Below, piece by piece: positions 23,775 to 36,843 of a stretch of DNA of 64,000 nucleotides. Positions within the stretch are counted from its first letter, which is position 1; each line of letters starts with the position of its first letter. The DNA is from Macrostomum hystrix (Eukaryota; Animalia; Platyhelminthes), in assembly GCA_950097015.1 (NCBI GenBank), contig CATNEN010000007.1, forward strand, positions 6,386,001 to 6,450,000. Direction: 5' to 3'. The notes below the pieces were generated by a model. The model was not told the DNA's origin and did no database searches. It was given only the letters and a program-made list of their open reading frames with translations. Made by a program: the position numbers and the translations under genes.

Positions 23775-26700
23775 ATGGCTCAGCCAGCTCTGCTGTTGTT
23801 TCTGTGCTGCCTGATCCTGGGGATCGGCTGCGTCAGCGCCATCGGCATCCAGCGGCCTCCGCCACCGTCCCTCAAGAAGGTGTCCACTCCGCACCCCGAG
23901 ATCACCAGGGTGCACCTGATGTTCATGAATCACCTGGACGTGGGATTCAGCCTGCCCACAGATATCGGCTACTCTGCCAATGTAATCAACACCTACATTA
24001 ACGTGTACTTCGAGCGGGCCGTTAATGTCAGCCGTGACCTGCGCAAGCTGGGCTTTCTGGAGACCTTTTCCTACCTGGCCCACCCCTGGATGCTGGAGAT
24101 GTTCTTTGACTGTCCGCAAGGCCTCATCCTGCAGGGCATCAAGCTGCAGTGCCCGTCGCAGGCCACCGTCGACTACGTGGCGCAGGGCGTTCGAGAAGGC
24201 GCTATCCAGTGGCACGCCGGTGCCATGAATGTGCAGTACGAGACCTGCCTGACACCCAATCTGCTGCAGGTGTGTGCCAGTTTCAGCATTTGGTCTGGGG
24301 TTCTGTTAGAAGTGCAGGAAATAGATCTTAAAAGTCGGGAATTATCGCGGTGACTATTGTGGACGTTTAATTATTAATAACAATTGCAGGAGGGCTGCGG
24401 GCAATGGCACATCATTTGGTGACACTAGACCCGCAGCAATTCTGCCCATTTCGCTGTCTCCTGAGCACACAGATACCGTACGCAGACACGCGCTCACACA
24501 GGTGTGTACATCTGCCCTGACTTTCTCAACGTCAGGCAGCGTACACTCTCGCTGTGCCTTGGCGGTTGTTCCTCAAATTGCACGACAAGCCCCCAAGCCT
24601 TCTCTCTGCAAGCCTCCACGGCTGCGCCCCAAATAAATGAAATGACTCGAGCTCAGGGACCCTTCTGCGAGAGGCGGCAAACGCGCTAATCGCTCTGCCA
24701 CTCACCCCACTATAGAGAGATTTCGTTTCTCTTCGCCCGCAGATGAGCCTGGACTCCGCCAAGCGCCTGGACGCCAGGTTCGGCATCAAGCGCCGCCTGA
24801 GCGCCGTCTCGCTGCGTGACGTGCCCGGCCTGACTCGCTCCGCCATCGACCTGATGGCCAAGAACGGCATCGTGGCCGTCACCAACGGCATCAACTGGGC
24901 CTGCCCCTCCGTTGACCTCGGCGGCAGCAACTTGAAATTTGTCCGCTGGCGCTCACCGGAGACCGGAAACGAGGTCTTCTACAACAAGATCCCCGGCGGA
25001 TATCCCGGTAATCCCGGCCCCGATCCCAACCACCCAGGTGGACTAGACTATGAGAACTGCCTAGTGGCTCCTGGCACTACGGAGATTCAGTGCTGGGCAT
25101 TCCGCACCGACAACAGCGGCCCGCCTGAGGACTACAAAGAGGTAGGATATTCACCAATGGCCACTAAGGACTTGGCTTAGTGGCCAATGGTCTGGCAATG
25201 ATTAGGTGTTGGATGCGTTAGTAGTAACTGTAGAATCCTGCTTTATTCAGGTGCTGTCCAACTACGAGGTGCTGCGCGGCGAGTACCCGAACGCTCAAAT
25301 CTTCGCCTCCACCCTGGAGAAGTTCTGGTCCCTGGTGGTGGCCAACCGCGACTCCGTCCCCGTCTTCACCAAGGAAAACGGGGACACCTGGCTGCAGGGC
25401 GACCAAGCTGACTTCCATCGAATGGCCATCTACCGCGCCATCGCCCGCGCCCTGGACACCTGCGTTGCCGCCGGCGCCTGCCAGCTGGAGTCCGCTGACA
25501 TGGCCGGCTTCAGCCGCTGGATCGCGAAGGCGGCCGAGCACACCTACGGCATCGCCACAGTCGGAGACTACCTGCACTACAACAACCGGGACTTCTACAG
25601 CGTGATGCAGGGGGCCAACTTCCAGCACGCTGTGTCCTCCTGGCTAGAGCAGCGCCAGTTCCTGCAGCTAGCGGTAAGCCCCAGTCCGGCAGTAATATTT
25701 AATTGCACCTGCCCCATTTGGGCCAGTTGTGCAGCTGACAGCACAGCCGCAGCTAATGCGCGCCTCTTTTAAAGACTGCGTACGGCTGTTCAGTCCATGG
25801 ACTGGGAGGAAGCCACACCCACCTGCAATTCTGCTAAAGCTATTGCTGGTACCCATTTAACAGCTGGGTGAGCTAGAGCAATTAATGTGTTTTTTCAGGC
25901 AAAAATAGTGCAGTCGGGAATCGAACCCCCGACCTTCAAGTCGTGAGTCGGACATTCTAACCATGAGGCTGCAACCACTGTGTGCCATCCACATCCAAAA
26001 TCTCCTGTGCGGATGGTCCATAAATTCGCTAACTCCATTTTGCAGCAGGGTTTATTGATAGAAAGCTAAATTTTTTCCTTCGGTCTGAGAAGTTCCCCCT
26101 TGGTCCAGGCCATGGGAGCTTAGAATTATAACCTACTGATAACAGCTTCGGTCTTTTGTCCGAAAGGTCGGGAGTTCGATTCCCAGTAGATTGGAGACTC
26201 CCTACTAGCAGCTGTGAAATCGGCACCAGCATGGTTTGACGGCCTCCCCAGTCCACGGACTGTACAGCTGTTCATCTGGCCTAACTCTCACAATGCCTCA
26301 TTTCCCATCACTGCCAGATTGACGCGGCCCCTCCCAAGCTGGCTGCCTACATCGCCAACGAGATGGCACCCCTGTCGGAGCAGTTTCCCGACCTGAGTGT
26401 CGACTACATCCGGCTGAATGACACCGCCTGGGATCAGAAGCTCTCGGCCGGCGGGCCCTACCGGGTGGTGTTCAACCAGCGCACCAGCCTCGCGCAGTTC
26501 TCCATCGACTCCGGCGCCACCTGGCACCAGGGCGGCGGTGCCTTCATCTACCGCACCTACAATGAGACAGACACTGCCTTCTTCCTGCACTACTACACCA
26601 ACCAGAACGGCGACAACACCGGCTTCGGCAAGTACAACAGCACCGCCAATGCGCACCCGGTGTCTCAGTTCTGGGCTGTCAGCGCCACCGCTCTGTACCA

Positions 26701-27915
26701 GCACCGCAGCCAGCCAGCCTTTGCCATTCGCTTCATTGTGGACGATCCGCAGGGCTCAGTGAGTATTCCCTGCTTCCCATCACTCGCCTCTTCCCAACTT
26801 CCTTTTTCTCATCACTCGCGTCTTCCCAACTTCCTTTTTCCCCATCAGTCGCCTCTCCCAACTGCCTGATTTCCCCATCACTCGCCTCTTCCCAACTGCC
26901 TGATTTCCCCATCACTCGCCTCTTCCCAACTGCCTGATTTCCCCATCACTCGCCTTTTCCTAACTGTCTGATTTTCCCATCACTTGCCTGTTCCCAACTG
27001 CTTGATTTTTATCGTATATTTTATCCTATACTCTGTTTAATCCTTAACCCACAAATTCAAATATACACCGTTCTGCAAACAGCATGTAATTCAAAATTCC
27101 TAAAAATTCGCGTCTTTGATTGTGCCACAGGTGCAGTACGGCGCCCCCACCAGTCTGTGGGCCATGTACAACTTCACTGGCACCGGCTACACCCTGCACT
27201 CCTGGTCTCTGGGCAAGCCGCCAACCCGCCTGATGGAGGCTCTGTTCGTTGACTTCCCGTCACCATCTGGCGCGCTGCTGGTGCTGAACAAGCTCGGCCA
27301 CGATGTCACCGTTGGCCAGGTGGCCGCCAACGGCAGCGTCTGGCAGCATATGGTCGGCCCGTCGCCCTACAGCGTCGCCTTCCGTCAACAAGTCCGTCAA
27401 AATTTTGTTGCATTTTTTGATCAACTTTTCATGCGCATTTTGCCTACTGTCAGTAGTTTTCCTTTAAAAAAATTTCATGCGCATTTTGCCTACTGTTAGT
27501 AGTTTCCCTTTAGACAAATTCGTATGCGCTATTTGCCTAATGTCAGTAGTTTCCGTTTAGACAAATTCATATGCGCTATTGCCTACTGTCAGTAGTTTCC
27601 CTCGGGCTAAAAAAAACTTTATTTATTCATGCACAGGGCCAGGCCGAAATTCGCGTGCAGACACTGGACTCCAGCTTGGCCTGCCCGCACACGGCCAGCT
27701 ACGGACCGACTGTGTGGCCTGTACCAATGAGCCCTGTGCCCGATTCCAGCGTCACTGGCGTCTCCTTCAACCTGCTGAACAATGTCTGGGACGTGAACTT
27801 CGTATTCTGGTATCCCTATTTGTCGCAGGAGGCCAACTTCAGGGCCCGCTTCCGCGTGGACCTGGCCGCTCACCTAGACGAGCTGGACTACAACCAGGCC
27901 CCTGATGTACTTTAA
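23775..27915 (+). CDS. Secreted DUF5054 / GH38-57-like glycoside hydrolase-fold protein. Exons 23775-24269, 24743-25141, 25251-25673, 26318-26758, 27131-27391, 27637-27915 (~765 aa)
   Basis: Signal peptide; VHLMFMNHLDVGF, IQWHA, DVPGLT, DNSGPP, ENGDTWLQG, AEHTYG, SWLEQR, GVSFNLLNNVWDVNFVFWYP; five phase-0 GT-AG introns. Confidence 0.8.
24425..24710 (-). mobile_element. tRNA-derived SINE family 2, copy in intron 1 of the DUF5054 gene
   Basis: Collinear with 32640-32940 over ~290 bp; minus-strand head GGGGTGAGTGGCAGAGCG with a degenerate B box. Confidence 0.8.
25770..25980 (-). mobile_element. tRNA-derived SINE family 1, intronic copy
   Basis: Reverse complement GTGGTTGCAGCCTCATGGTTAG...GGGTTCGATTCCCG (A and B boxes), then cacccagctgttaaatgggtaccagc shared with the 22620 copy. 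Confidence 0.8.
26140..26275 (+). mobile_element. Partial SINE family 1-related copy, inverted relative to 25770-25980
   Basis: GAAAGGTCGGGAGTTCGATTCCC B box and tail motif ctccccagtccacggactg.acagctg (also seen at ~28330 and ~41025). Confidence 0.6.
26765..27005. repeat. 34-bp pyrimidine-rich tandem array starting at the intron 4 donor
   Basis: ctcgcctcttcccaactgcctgatttccccatca; period 34 (26881, 26915). Confidence 0.9.
27428..27600. repeat. ~47-bp degenerate tandem repeat in intron 5
   Basis: atgcgc....tgcctactgtcagtagtttcc x4. Confidence 0.8.
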
Positions 27916-29077
27916 AGGACTGAGCTGAGCGCGGCCTTAATAAGACTCACTGATGGTCACTATTCCAATATGAGAGACTAATTTATATCGAGGACAGATT
28001 TTTTCGCCATGCTTTTTTCCGATTTCAAATTTAACGCCTCGTTCTCCACTGATGGTGTGTAATTATTCTTCTAGCATTGTAATTCTCTATTGGTAATCTT
28101 TTTAATTGGTCTCCGTGCATCGAAATCAACAAGCCGGTTCGTTTTTTTTCGATTTTTATGTTTTTATCTTGTCTATAGTTAATGCAGTCACTTTGGCTTA
28201 CCATATGGGGACTGGCACTTCTCATTCAGGTCAAGAGGTCAAACCTCAACCCTTTGAGCTCCTGTCGTTAAGCATATAATAATATTTAATCGGCAGTAAA
28301 TTGGAATTTACCTGCGTGTTGTGCTGCGGCTCCCTCCCAGTCCACAGACTGAACAGCTGCAGAAGCGCTGGCTGTACTAAATCACCTGGCTCAGGTGTCG
28401 CTGTCTCTCCTTGGGCATTCCTAAGAGCCCCGTGTGGTAGCCAAATTCAATTTCACTATTTTTATTCGTTGTAGCTTACTGTAAGTAGATTGTTGTGTGC
28501 TGCTCTATTTAGACATTTATTCCGCTAGACTTCTAAATTGTCCCAGCTTTCTGCAGTTCTCTGCAATCAATTTCAATTGGTTGTTCTGCACTATCTTGGT
28601 GAGTTTTGTAATCTCTAGTTTGTTGCGCAACGCGTGATTGACACGTGCACTTTTAATCGTTTGTTTTTTACTTTTTTACCCAAGACATTGAAGGAATTTC
28701 ACTGTGTTTAAAGAATGGCTTTTTATAAAAGAAAACCTTGCTAGATTAGCAATCCATCTTTTGCTTGTTTCTTTGTCTAAGAATAGCTCGTTTGTACGTG
28801 CCAAGTGTCTAATTACCCGTGTGAACTTCAATTATTGCCAATTCATTCTCACAAAATTCCGCAGTGATAGACAGACAGTTAATTTATGCCCTCCTTTCAT
28901 ATATCCAGAAATACACATCAGTGGTTGCCGATTTCCGCACCCGTAACATTTTCTGCCTCAGTTCACTTTTTGCAACATCACTGATTTATACAGCAAAACT
29001 ACAGAACTTTTTACCAATCCAATTTTCCATTATAAGCCTCGATTCCCCATTTGCTAGTCAAGCCTAACCTTCATCCC

Positions 29078-29335
29078 ATTCTCCCCCTGTCTCCCCTTCA
29101 TCTCATTCTCTTTCTCCCGTCTCCACTTCATCCCATTCTCCTTTTCCCGTCTCCCCTTCATCCCATTCTCCTTCTCCTGTCTCCCCTTCATCCCATTCTC
29201 CTTTTCCTGTCTCCCCTTCATCTCATTCTCCTTTTCTTGTCTCCCCCTTCATCCCATTCTCCTACCGTTTCTCTTCATCCCATTCTCCTTCTCCTGTCTC
29301 CCCTTTATCCTCTTCTTATCCCGTCTCCCCTCAGC
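29078..29335. repeat. 30-bp pyrimidine-rich tandem array
   Basis: ttcatcccattctccttttcctgtctcccc units. Confidence 0.9.
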
Positions 29336-29585
29336 TTATATCCTTCCCTGTACCCATATGTCTCATTTCCTTTCTCAATACTCTTATTTAATCCGATTCC
29401 TCAGTTTCTCAACACAGCTAACTCTCTTCAGATTATTTTCAGTCAGTTTTGGCTTTCAGTGGTTAGTTTATTATTTAGTTCGTGTTTCCGGCAATCTGAC
29501 AAAATGTTCTGCAGAGTGGCATCCCAGCCGCATCTCTCCACCCCAGCCGGCATCAGGCAGTAGAGCAGCCAGCACAGCAGCGGAC

Positions 29586-32043
29586 ATGGCGGTGCGCGGT
29601 GGCGGCGGCTTCAAGTGTCCCAAATGCAAATTCTCGGCCAGCAATCCGCAGGGCCTCGGCCGGCACATGAACTACAGGCACCGGCCCTGGCGCTACTCCT
29701 GCCGGCGCTGCGGCGAGAAGTTCCCGCTGAAGAAGCGCCTCCTGCGGCACGAACAGCTGGCGCACGGCCTGCTGCCCGGTGATGAGCCCGAGCCCGCTCC
29801 GCTTGCCGTCCCCGAAGCAGCAGCCGAAAGTCCCGTCACTTCGTCTTCCACTGTCACGAATAAGCACCACAGAGCTGTGCCGATCCCGCTGGATTTGCAG
29901 TGCCGCGAGTGCGGCCGGCAGCTGCAGTCTGGCATTGGCTTTCGCAGCCACATGTGCCGCAAGCACCCGGCCAAGTGGGCCAAGATGCGCCGCAACAGCC
30001 AGCGCAAGTGGCGCCTGTTTGTGGCTAAAAGGGGCAGCAAGAGTAAGAAATCTGCCACAGACAATGACAAAGACACCAGCCACAATAACAGCTTTGTTGA
30101 CGCCGATGAGGATGCTGATGAGGACACCTCCGAGAGAACTCCGTCTGCGATCCGACAGCCGTCAGAGTCGCCAGTCTCAGTTAGCTCGAGCTCGGCAACG
30201 AATTCAACAAAGACTTCTTCGACTGCGCCAAGGCAGCATGGGACGCGCGTGTGCCAGCTGTGCCAGCAGGTGTGCGCCGCCACCTATTTCTCCAGGCACT
30301 TCCGGCGGGCGCACCGGGAGGCCTGGATGGCCGCCGGCGGCGGTCGGCGAAAGAGCGGCCCGAAGTCGAATGTAAAGCAGGAGCCTGAGGACTTCAATGC
30401 TGCCGGATGCCCTCGACCGAAGGAGGTCGGCGAAGGCGCCTCTGCGCAACGGAAGCTGTTGATTAAGTTCACAGGGCTGCAGTCGGAGCCGCAGGTACAG
30501 ACAGCGCAAGCTTCTTCGGCCTCGGATTTGTCAGCCGCCAGCGCCGCTTCAACCTGCGGTCACTGCCACAAGAGTTATTCCTGCCGGGCCAGCCTGTTTC
30601 GGCACATCCGCGCCGTGCACAGCAGCAGCTACATCTGCGTGCGCTGCCGCCGCGGCTACAGCAGCGTCGAGTCGGCCCGCAGCCACATCACGACCCTTCA
30701 CAGGAATCTGAAGGCGAGCGAACTCGACCAGCTGCTCCGCGTGGCCGGCTGCATTCAATCTGATTCATCAGCAGAGTCTTCGTCTGCAGCCGCCGACCTC
30801 GCCACGGAGCAACTGCATCCGTCCGCTTCAATTGAGACTGACGTTGCCGAGGAGACGCCACTGTGTCTGCGCCCGAACATGCTCCAGGCCGCCATGCCGC
30901 CGCCGCCGCCTCCGCCGTCAGGGTCACAGAATCAGACGAAGCCGCAGGTCAAGCCGCCTAAATCCAAGCAGCAACTCTCTGCCACCACCTGCGATCTCGA
31001 CGCGTCTATCGTCAGCGAGTCGAGCGACTCCGTCGTCTCGACTGAGTCGGAGCGGCATCCTTGTGAGCACTGCCATCTATCATTCATGACGAAAGACTTC
31101 CTGGACAGCCATCGGACCGTCTGCCAGTCCTTCTCCTTCGCCGACTTTCGCATAGTCTCGGCCTACTCCCTGGCCGAAGCGACGTCGGACGCAGCCGCTG
31201 CCGAGTCGGCGGCCGAGTCGCAGCGGACGCCGTGTCCGTTCTGCGTGGCACAGGTGGCTCCGAGCCGGCTGCAGCGGCACATCAAACATTCGGCAGCCGC
31301 CGAGAAGGCCAGCAAAAGCCTGCTGCACTCTCGGCCTCAGGTCTACATGTGCGGCGTCTGCTACGAGGCCTTCCCTGGCACCGAGCTGCTGCAGAATCAC
31401 CAGGTGGGCCACCTGCTGGGTACCAGGATTGAAGGGGCCTTGGTTTGGGGTGGATGCAGGATTGGAGGGCGCCTTGGTTTGGGGTGGGTGCAGGATTGGA
31501 GGGAATCTTGGTTTTGGGTGAGTGCAGGATTGGAGGGCGCCTTGGTTTGGGGTTGGTGCAGGATTGGAGGGAATCTTGGTTGGGTTCCGGGCGGGTGTGG
31601 TGTGCGGGCCGGCCTGAAGTCTGGTGGAGGGTTTTGGGTCCGGGTGGGTGTGGGGTGGGGTCTGGCGTCACCCGGTGCGGGGGCAGTAGAAGGAACCACT
31701 ACTGCTAACCTTCTCATTAGTTTACGCTTGCGCCAGTTAGCTGACTTAGAGAGTTGTGTACAAATTTTGCCTCCCCTCCCCGCAGGTGCAGCGGCACCTA
31801 GATCCAGCCGCTCGGCGCTCTGTCCTGGCCAGACGCTGCCCGGAGTGCCGCCTCTGGCTGATCGGCGACGCGGCCATGGCTGACCACGCGGCCGCAATGC
31901 ATGGCGAGCCGACGCCATTCAGCTGTCAGGTGTGCCGCACCTTCTGCCCCAACCGGGTGGCGCTAGTTACGCACTACACCTGGGTTCACCTGGCCGACGG
32001 CGTTGGAGTCTGCGATATCGACGAAATGTCAGACGAATATTGA
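29586..32043 (+). CDS. Dispersed multi-C2H2 zinc-finger protein. Exons 29586-31403 and 31786-32043 (start codon tentative)
   Basis: About ten CxxC...H..H fingers (FKCPKC, YSCRRC, CREC, CGHC, CVRC, FSCQVC); splicing CAG|GT...CAG|GTG completes the finger CGVC...NHQ|VQRH. Confidence 0.85.
31420..31680. repeat. G-rich degenerate tandem repeat in the zinc-finger intron
   Basis: gcaggattggaggg..cttggtttgggg units. Confidence 0.75.
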
Positions 32044-32639
32044 TGAGCGCTGCCGTGTGTTTCTTATTCTTCCTGTTCTGCTTTTTATCCGAATGCTGAC
32101 AGCTTTTATAAATTGTTTATCGTCACATTTTCTAGTTTTTTATCACTTGTTTTACTTGTCACGCCGCGTCAGCATTGGATAGCTTTAATAAGTAAGCGGT
32201 TTTTGTCTGCTTTTTAATTCTCACGCTTATCTTACTTTAAGTAGTAACTTAAGCACTGTGTGGTCTTCTATAGCTACAAAAAGAAGCAAAGTAGAATGTA
32301 CTTCATTGATAAAATATGGCAATCCATGCTTTCATTCGAATTCGCACCATACTACTCACGGCTGCTCTTCTGCATGCTTGCTCCAGTTTAAACTGTCGTA
32401 TTCACACTGTTTATTATGCATCTTTGCAATTACAAAATTAAGTCATTCTTTGCGTTTATGCGCTATTGCAATGCAATAAAACTGAGGTGTGTTTTAATGG
32501 CAATCTTTTTTATCAAATTGACAACGGCATTGACAACTGTGTTTAATTGAATCTCACTTCATTAGTCTCCAGTTTCTAAATGTGTTTTGATTTGTGATTT
32601 GAAGCCTACTTAATCTTGCTCCCACTCAATTGGTGAAAT

Positions 32640-32940
32640 TTGACCCGCAGCCAGCGATGCCCATTCGCTGACTCCTGAGCACACAAGTTCGCAGGTACTG
32701 TTCACAGGCATGCGCTCACACAGGTGTGTACATCTGCCCTGACTTTCTCATTGTCAGACAGTGTGCACTCTCACCGTGCCTTAGAGGTTGGCCCTCAAGG
32801 GCGTAAATTGCACGGCAAGCCCCCAAGCCTTCACTCCGCGTCTGCGTCCCAAATAAATGTGGCTTCGCGGCGGAATCGAGCTCAGCGACCTTCGTGCGAG
32901 ATGCAAACGCGTTAACTGCTCTGCCACTCACCCCACCTAA
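32640..32940 (-). mobile_element. tRNA-derived SINE family 2, near full-length copy
   Basis: Reverse complement GGGGTGAGTGGCAGAGCAGTTAACGCG...GGTCGCTGAGCTCGATTCCG (A/B-box-like); homologous to 24425-24710. Confidence 0.8.
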
Positions 32941-33744
32941 GTGCGTTGGCTCTAAGTGCTGTCTGATTATCGTGAGCAGTTTGTCTGAAAATTGGGCTCA
33001 TTTTTTTAATCAAGTGCTCACAGATTCCTTGACGATCGGCCCACCTGAGCACCTGAGCTCCGGTGTTATTAAAAATGCAATTATGTGGGCACAAATTGTG
33101 CGAATTAGTCCCACCTCTGTGTTCTTCTCTCGATTGATTTTGGGTACGCACCGACACAGCTCCACTCCGCTTTAATTGCCCGTCTTCTGCTTCGGCCGCG
33201 ACGGAAGGATCTGAAGGTAGGCCACAGCGATTTGTTTGTGAGCTGCTAAGCTTGTTTAGTCGACGGCTCAAAACCGAGTTCAAGTCCAACTGCTCCTGGA
33301 TTGCAACTAGCTGCCCAGAGAGACAAGATCGATTCGCTTTTGACGCACTTCAGGTCAACAAGTCGCGTATAGAAATCGGCGAAGCAGTTTTTAGAACCAT
33401 AGCTTTTCAGTTAGCCCCTTGCACCTGATGATTTTCAGTAATTTTTTTACCCTCCCGGTAAATTTACTGGATTATACGATTATACTGGATTACTCGTATT
33501 TACAACACTAACATTTCGCAGGTTTTAGGTTACGTATAGGTTACGTTTAGGTTACTCTAGTGCGTTTTTGGTTAATTATCCAACTCCAGTAGGTTTTAGG
33601 TAAACAAAATTACCAAACTCCGTATACACTACCAACCAAGACCCCCTTTGGGGGGAAGAAAATCACGCTTTACAGCCCTGGGAAGAAGAAGAATTAAAAA
33701 TATGCAACTTCAATACTATGATTATCATTCCTTGATATCTCATT

Positions 33745-34490
33745 GATAAGTCATACTCCCCTCGATAATTCATGCTCTCCCTTCGATAATTCATGCTCTC
33801 CCCTCGATAATTCATGCTCTCCCCTCGATAATTCATGCTCTCCCCTCGATAATTCATGCTCTCCCCTCGATAATTCATGCTCTCCCCTCGATAATTCATA
33901 CTCTCCTCTCGATAATTCATGCTCTCCCCTCGATAATTCATGCTCTCCCCTCGATAATTCATGCTCTCCCCTCGATAATTCATGCTCTCCCCTCGATAAT
34001 TCATGCTCTCCCCTCGATAATTCATACTCTCCTCTCGATAATTCATGCTCTCCCCTCGATAATTCATGCTCTCCCCTCGATAATTCATGCTCTCCCCTCG
34101 ATAATTCATGCTCTCCCCTCGATAATTCATGCTCTCCCTCGATAATTCATACTCTCCTCTCGATAATTCATACTCTCCCCTCGATAATTCATGCTCTCCC
34201 CTCGATAATTCATGCTCTCCCCTCGATAATTCATGCTCTCCCCTCGATAATTCATGCTCTTACCTCGATAATTCATGCTCTCCCTCGATAATTCATGCTC
34301 TCCCTCGATAATTCATGCTCTCCCTCGATAATTCATGCTTTCCCTCGATAATTCATGCTTCCCCTCGATAATTCATACTCTCCTCTCGATAATTCATACT
34401 CTCCCCTCGATAATTCATGCTCTCCCCTCGATAATTCATGCTCTTACCTCGATAATTCATGCTCTCCCTCGATAATTCATGCTCTCCCTT
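33745..34490. repeat. 21-bp (later 20-bp) tandem array CTCCCCTCGATAATTCATGCT; degenerate relatives at ~35420-35930
   Basis: Direct observation. Confidence 0.97.
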
Positions 34491-36023
34491 CTTCTAAATC
34501 AAGCTAGCCTCTTTAATAAATCATTCTGTCGTCTTAAAAAAATTCCCTGAAAGCATTATTCGATTACCTCAAAATCTCATTCTTTCTTCTCGAAATCTCA
34601 TGCAATCCTTTCAAGAAATCAATATGATATCAAATGCTTTTCACCAAAAATGCAATTTACTTGATATGTCATGCTGCTATCCATTGATATCTAGCCCTAT
34701 ATTCTTAAGTTTCATGTTCTCACTCGAGTCATTTTGCTTTTAAATTACAGAAGAAACAATTATTGCTTCCCTGCACGAAAAAACGCCAAGTTTTTAAGAG
34801 CAATGCTATTAGCTAGCATTAAAGTATTGTATTGAAAATAAAAGAACGCTATAACAGCTACGCATGCTCGAACACGACGAACAGTCTTCATTTATTTTTA
34901 AAACGATACCGCTTGAAGAAATACTCGAAAAAAGTTAAAATAAGAAAGAATACCGCTTTTAGCCATGCGCTCAACATATTTTTTCTAGTTCTGAATCTGA
35001 TTACGCTTGCAGCTATACTGGAAAATTGTTGTTAGTTTAAAGGTATATAACTATTTTATATACAAATTGAATTTTTAAACCTATTGAATATTGCTTGCAA
35101 GAATGCTTAAAAAGTTAAAATTAAAAATGAACTACGCTATAATAGCTTTGCTCAAAGTCTTATTATATTTTCGAATCTAAAAATGCTGGTAGAAATGCTC
35201 GAAAGTTCTTTACTCAGTTTTGTATCGAATAAAACTTGCTGCTGCAAAAATCAAAAAATAATTTTTTTTCTCAGAGCGAGAAGAGCATTTAAGCAACAAA
35301 AATTTTTGCTTTGACAGTAGCTGATCAATAGCTCTTACTATTAACAGTTAGTTGTACCCAAAAAAACTAAAAAATAATTTTTAAAACTTATACGAACCGT
35401 ACTTACGTTTTTAACCGTTAATAACCATGCGACCCTCTCGGTAAATAATGCGACCTCTTCGATAATTTATGCAAGCCAGTTGTCAGTTGATAAATCATTC
35501 TACCCCCTTGATAATTTATGCTTCCACCTCGATAATTCATACTTTTTCATTAATAATTCATTCTTTCCCCTAAAAAATGCATGACTCCCACTTATGCTAC
35601 CCACTTAATTGATGCTTTTCTCACGATAATGCCGGCTAGCGGCCCGTTGATAATTCATACATTTACCACGTAATTCATGCTTCCCCTCGTTAATACATGC
35701 TACCCCCCTCTATAATTTATTCTACCCCCTCGACAAATCATGCAAGTTTGTGCTACCCCCTCGAAAAGTCATGCTTCCCCCTCGATAATTCATGTTTTTT
35801 TATGGATAATTAATATTTCCTCTTTGATAATTAATGTTTCCTCCTGGATAATTCATGCTCCCACATATCGATTATTAATGCTATCCCCTGGAAATATAAT
35901 GCTTTCTCCTGGAAATATAATGCTTGTCTTTATAAACCTCATGCCATTTGCACCTAATTCCAGATGCTATCAATTGATATAACTTTATTGAGCTGTATTC
36001 ATGTCTTCTTTTGTTGAATCTTC

Positions 36024-36347
36024 TGCTACCACTTGCAAAATCATGCTACCACTTGCAAAATCATGCTACCACTTGCAAAATCATGCTACCACTTGCAAAA
36101 TCATGCTACCACTTGCAAAATCATGCTACCACTTGCAAAATCATGCTACCACTTGCAAAATCATGCTACCACTTGCAAAATCATGCTACCACTTGCAAAA
36201 TCATGCTACCACTTGCAAAATCATGCTACCACTTGCAAAATCATGCTACCACTTGCAAAATCATGCTACCACTTGCAAAATCATGCTACCACTTGCAAAA
36301 TCATGCTACCACTTGCAAAATCATGCTACCACTTGCAAAATCATGCT
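36024..36347. repeat. Perfect 20-bp tandem array TCATGCTACCACTTGCAAAA (~16 copies)
   Basis: Direct observation. Confidence 0.98.
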
Positions 36348-36843
36348 CATTTACCCAACTGCATTAGGTTTCAGCTACTCATTTACCCAACTGCATTAGG
36401 TTTCAGCTACTCATTTACCCAACTGCATTAGGTTTCAGCTACTCATTTACTCAACTGCATTAGGTTTCAGCTACTCATTTACCCAACTGCATCAGGTTTC
36501 AGCTACTCATTTACCCAACTGCATTAGGTTTCAGCTACTCATTTACTCAACTGCATTAGGTTTCAGCTACTCATTTACTCAACTGCATTAGGTTTCAGCT
36601 ACTCATTTACCCAACTGCATTAGGTTTCAGCTACTCATTTACCCAACTGCATTAGGTTTCAGCTACTCATTTACCCAACTGCATTAGGTTTCAGCTACTC
36701 ATTTACCCAACTGCATTAGGTTTCAGCTACTCATTTACCCAACTGCATTAGGTTTCAGCTACTCATTTACCCAACTGCATTAGGTTTCAGCTACTCATTT
36801 ACCCAACTGCATTAGGTTTCAGCTACTCATTTACCCAACTGCA
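36346..36843. repeat. 32-bp tandem array CTCATTTACCCAACTGCATTAGGTTTCAGCTA
   Basis: Period 32 (36346, 36378); abuts the 20-bp array. Confidence 0.97.

Noticed and set aside
25905-25980. Possible tRNA genes (also ~22620 and ~32870-32935)
   Set aside because: A/B boxes present but no proper cloverleaf, and they continue into shared SINE bodies
29358-31883. 841-aa ORF taken as the complete zinc-finger protein
   Set aside because: Its G/W-rich tail is read-through of a repeat-filled intron; splicing 31403-31786 completes a finger
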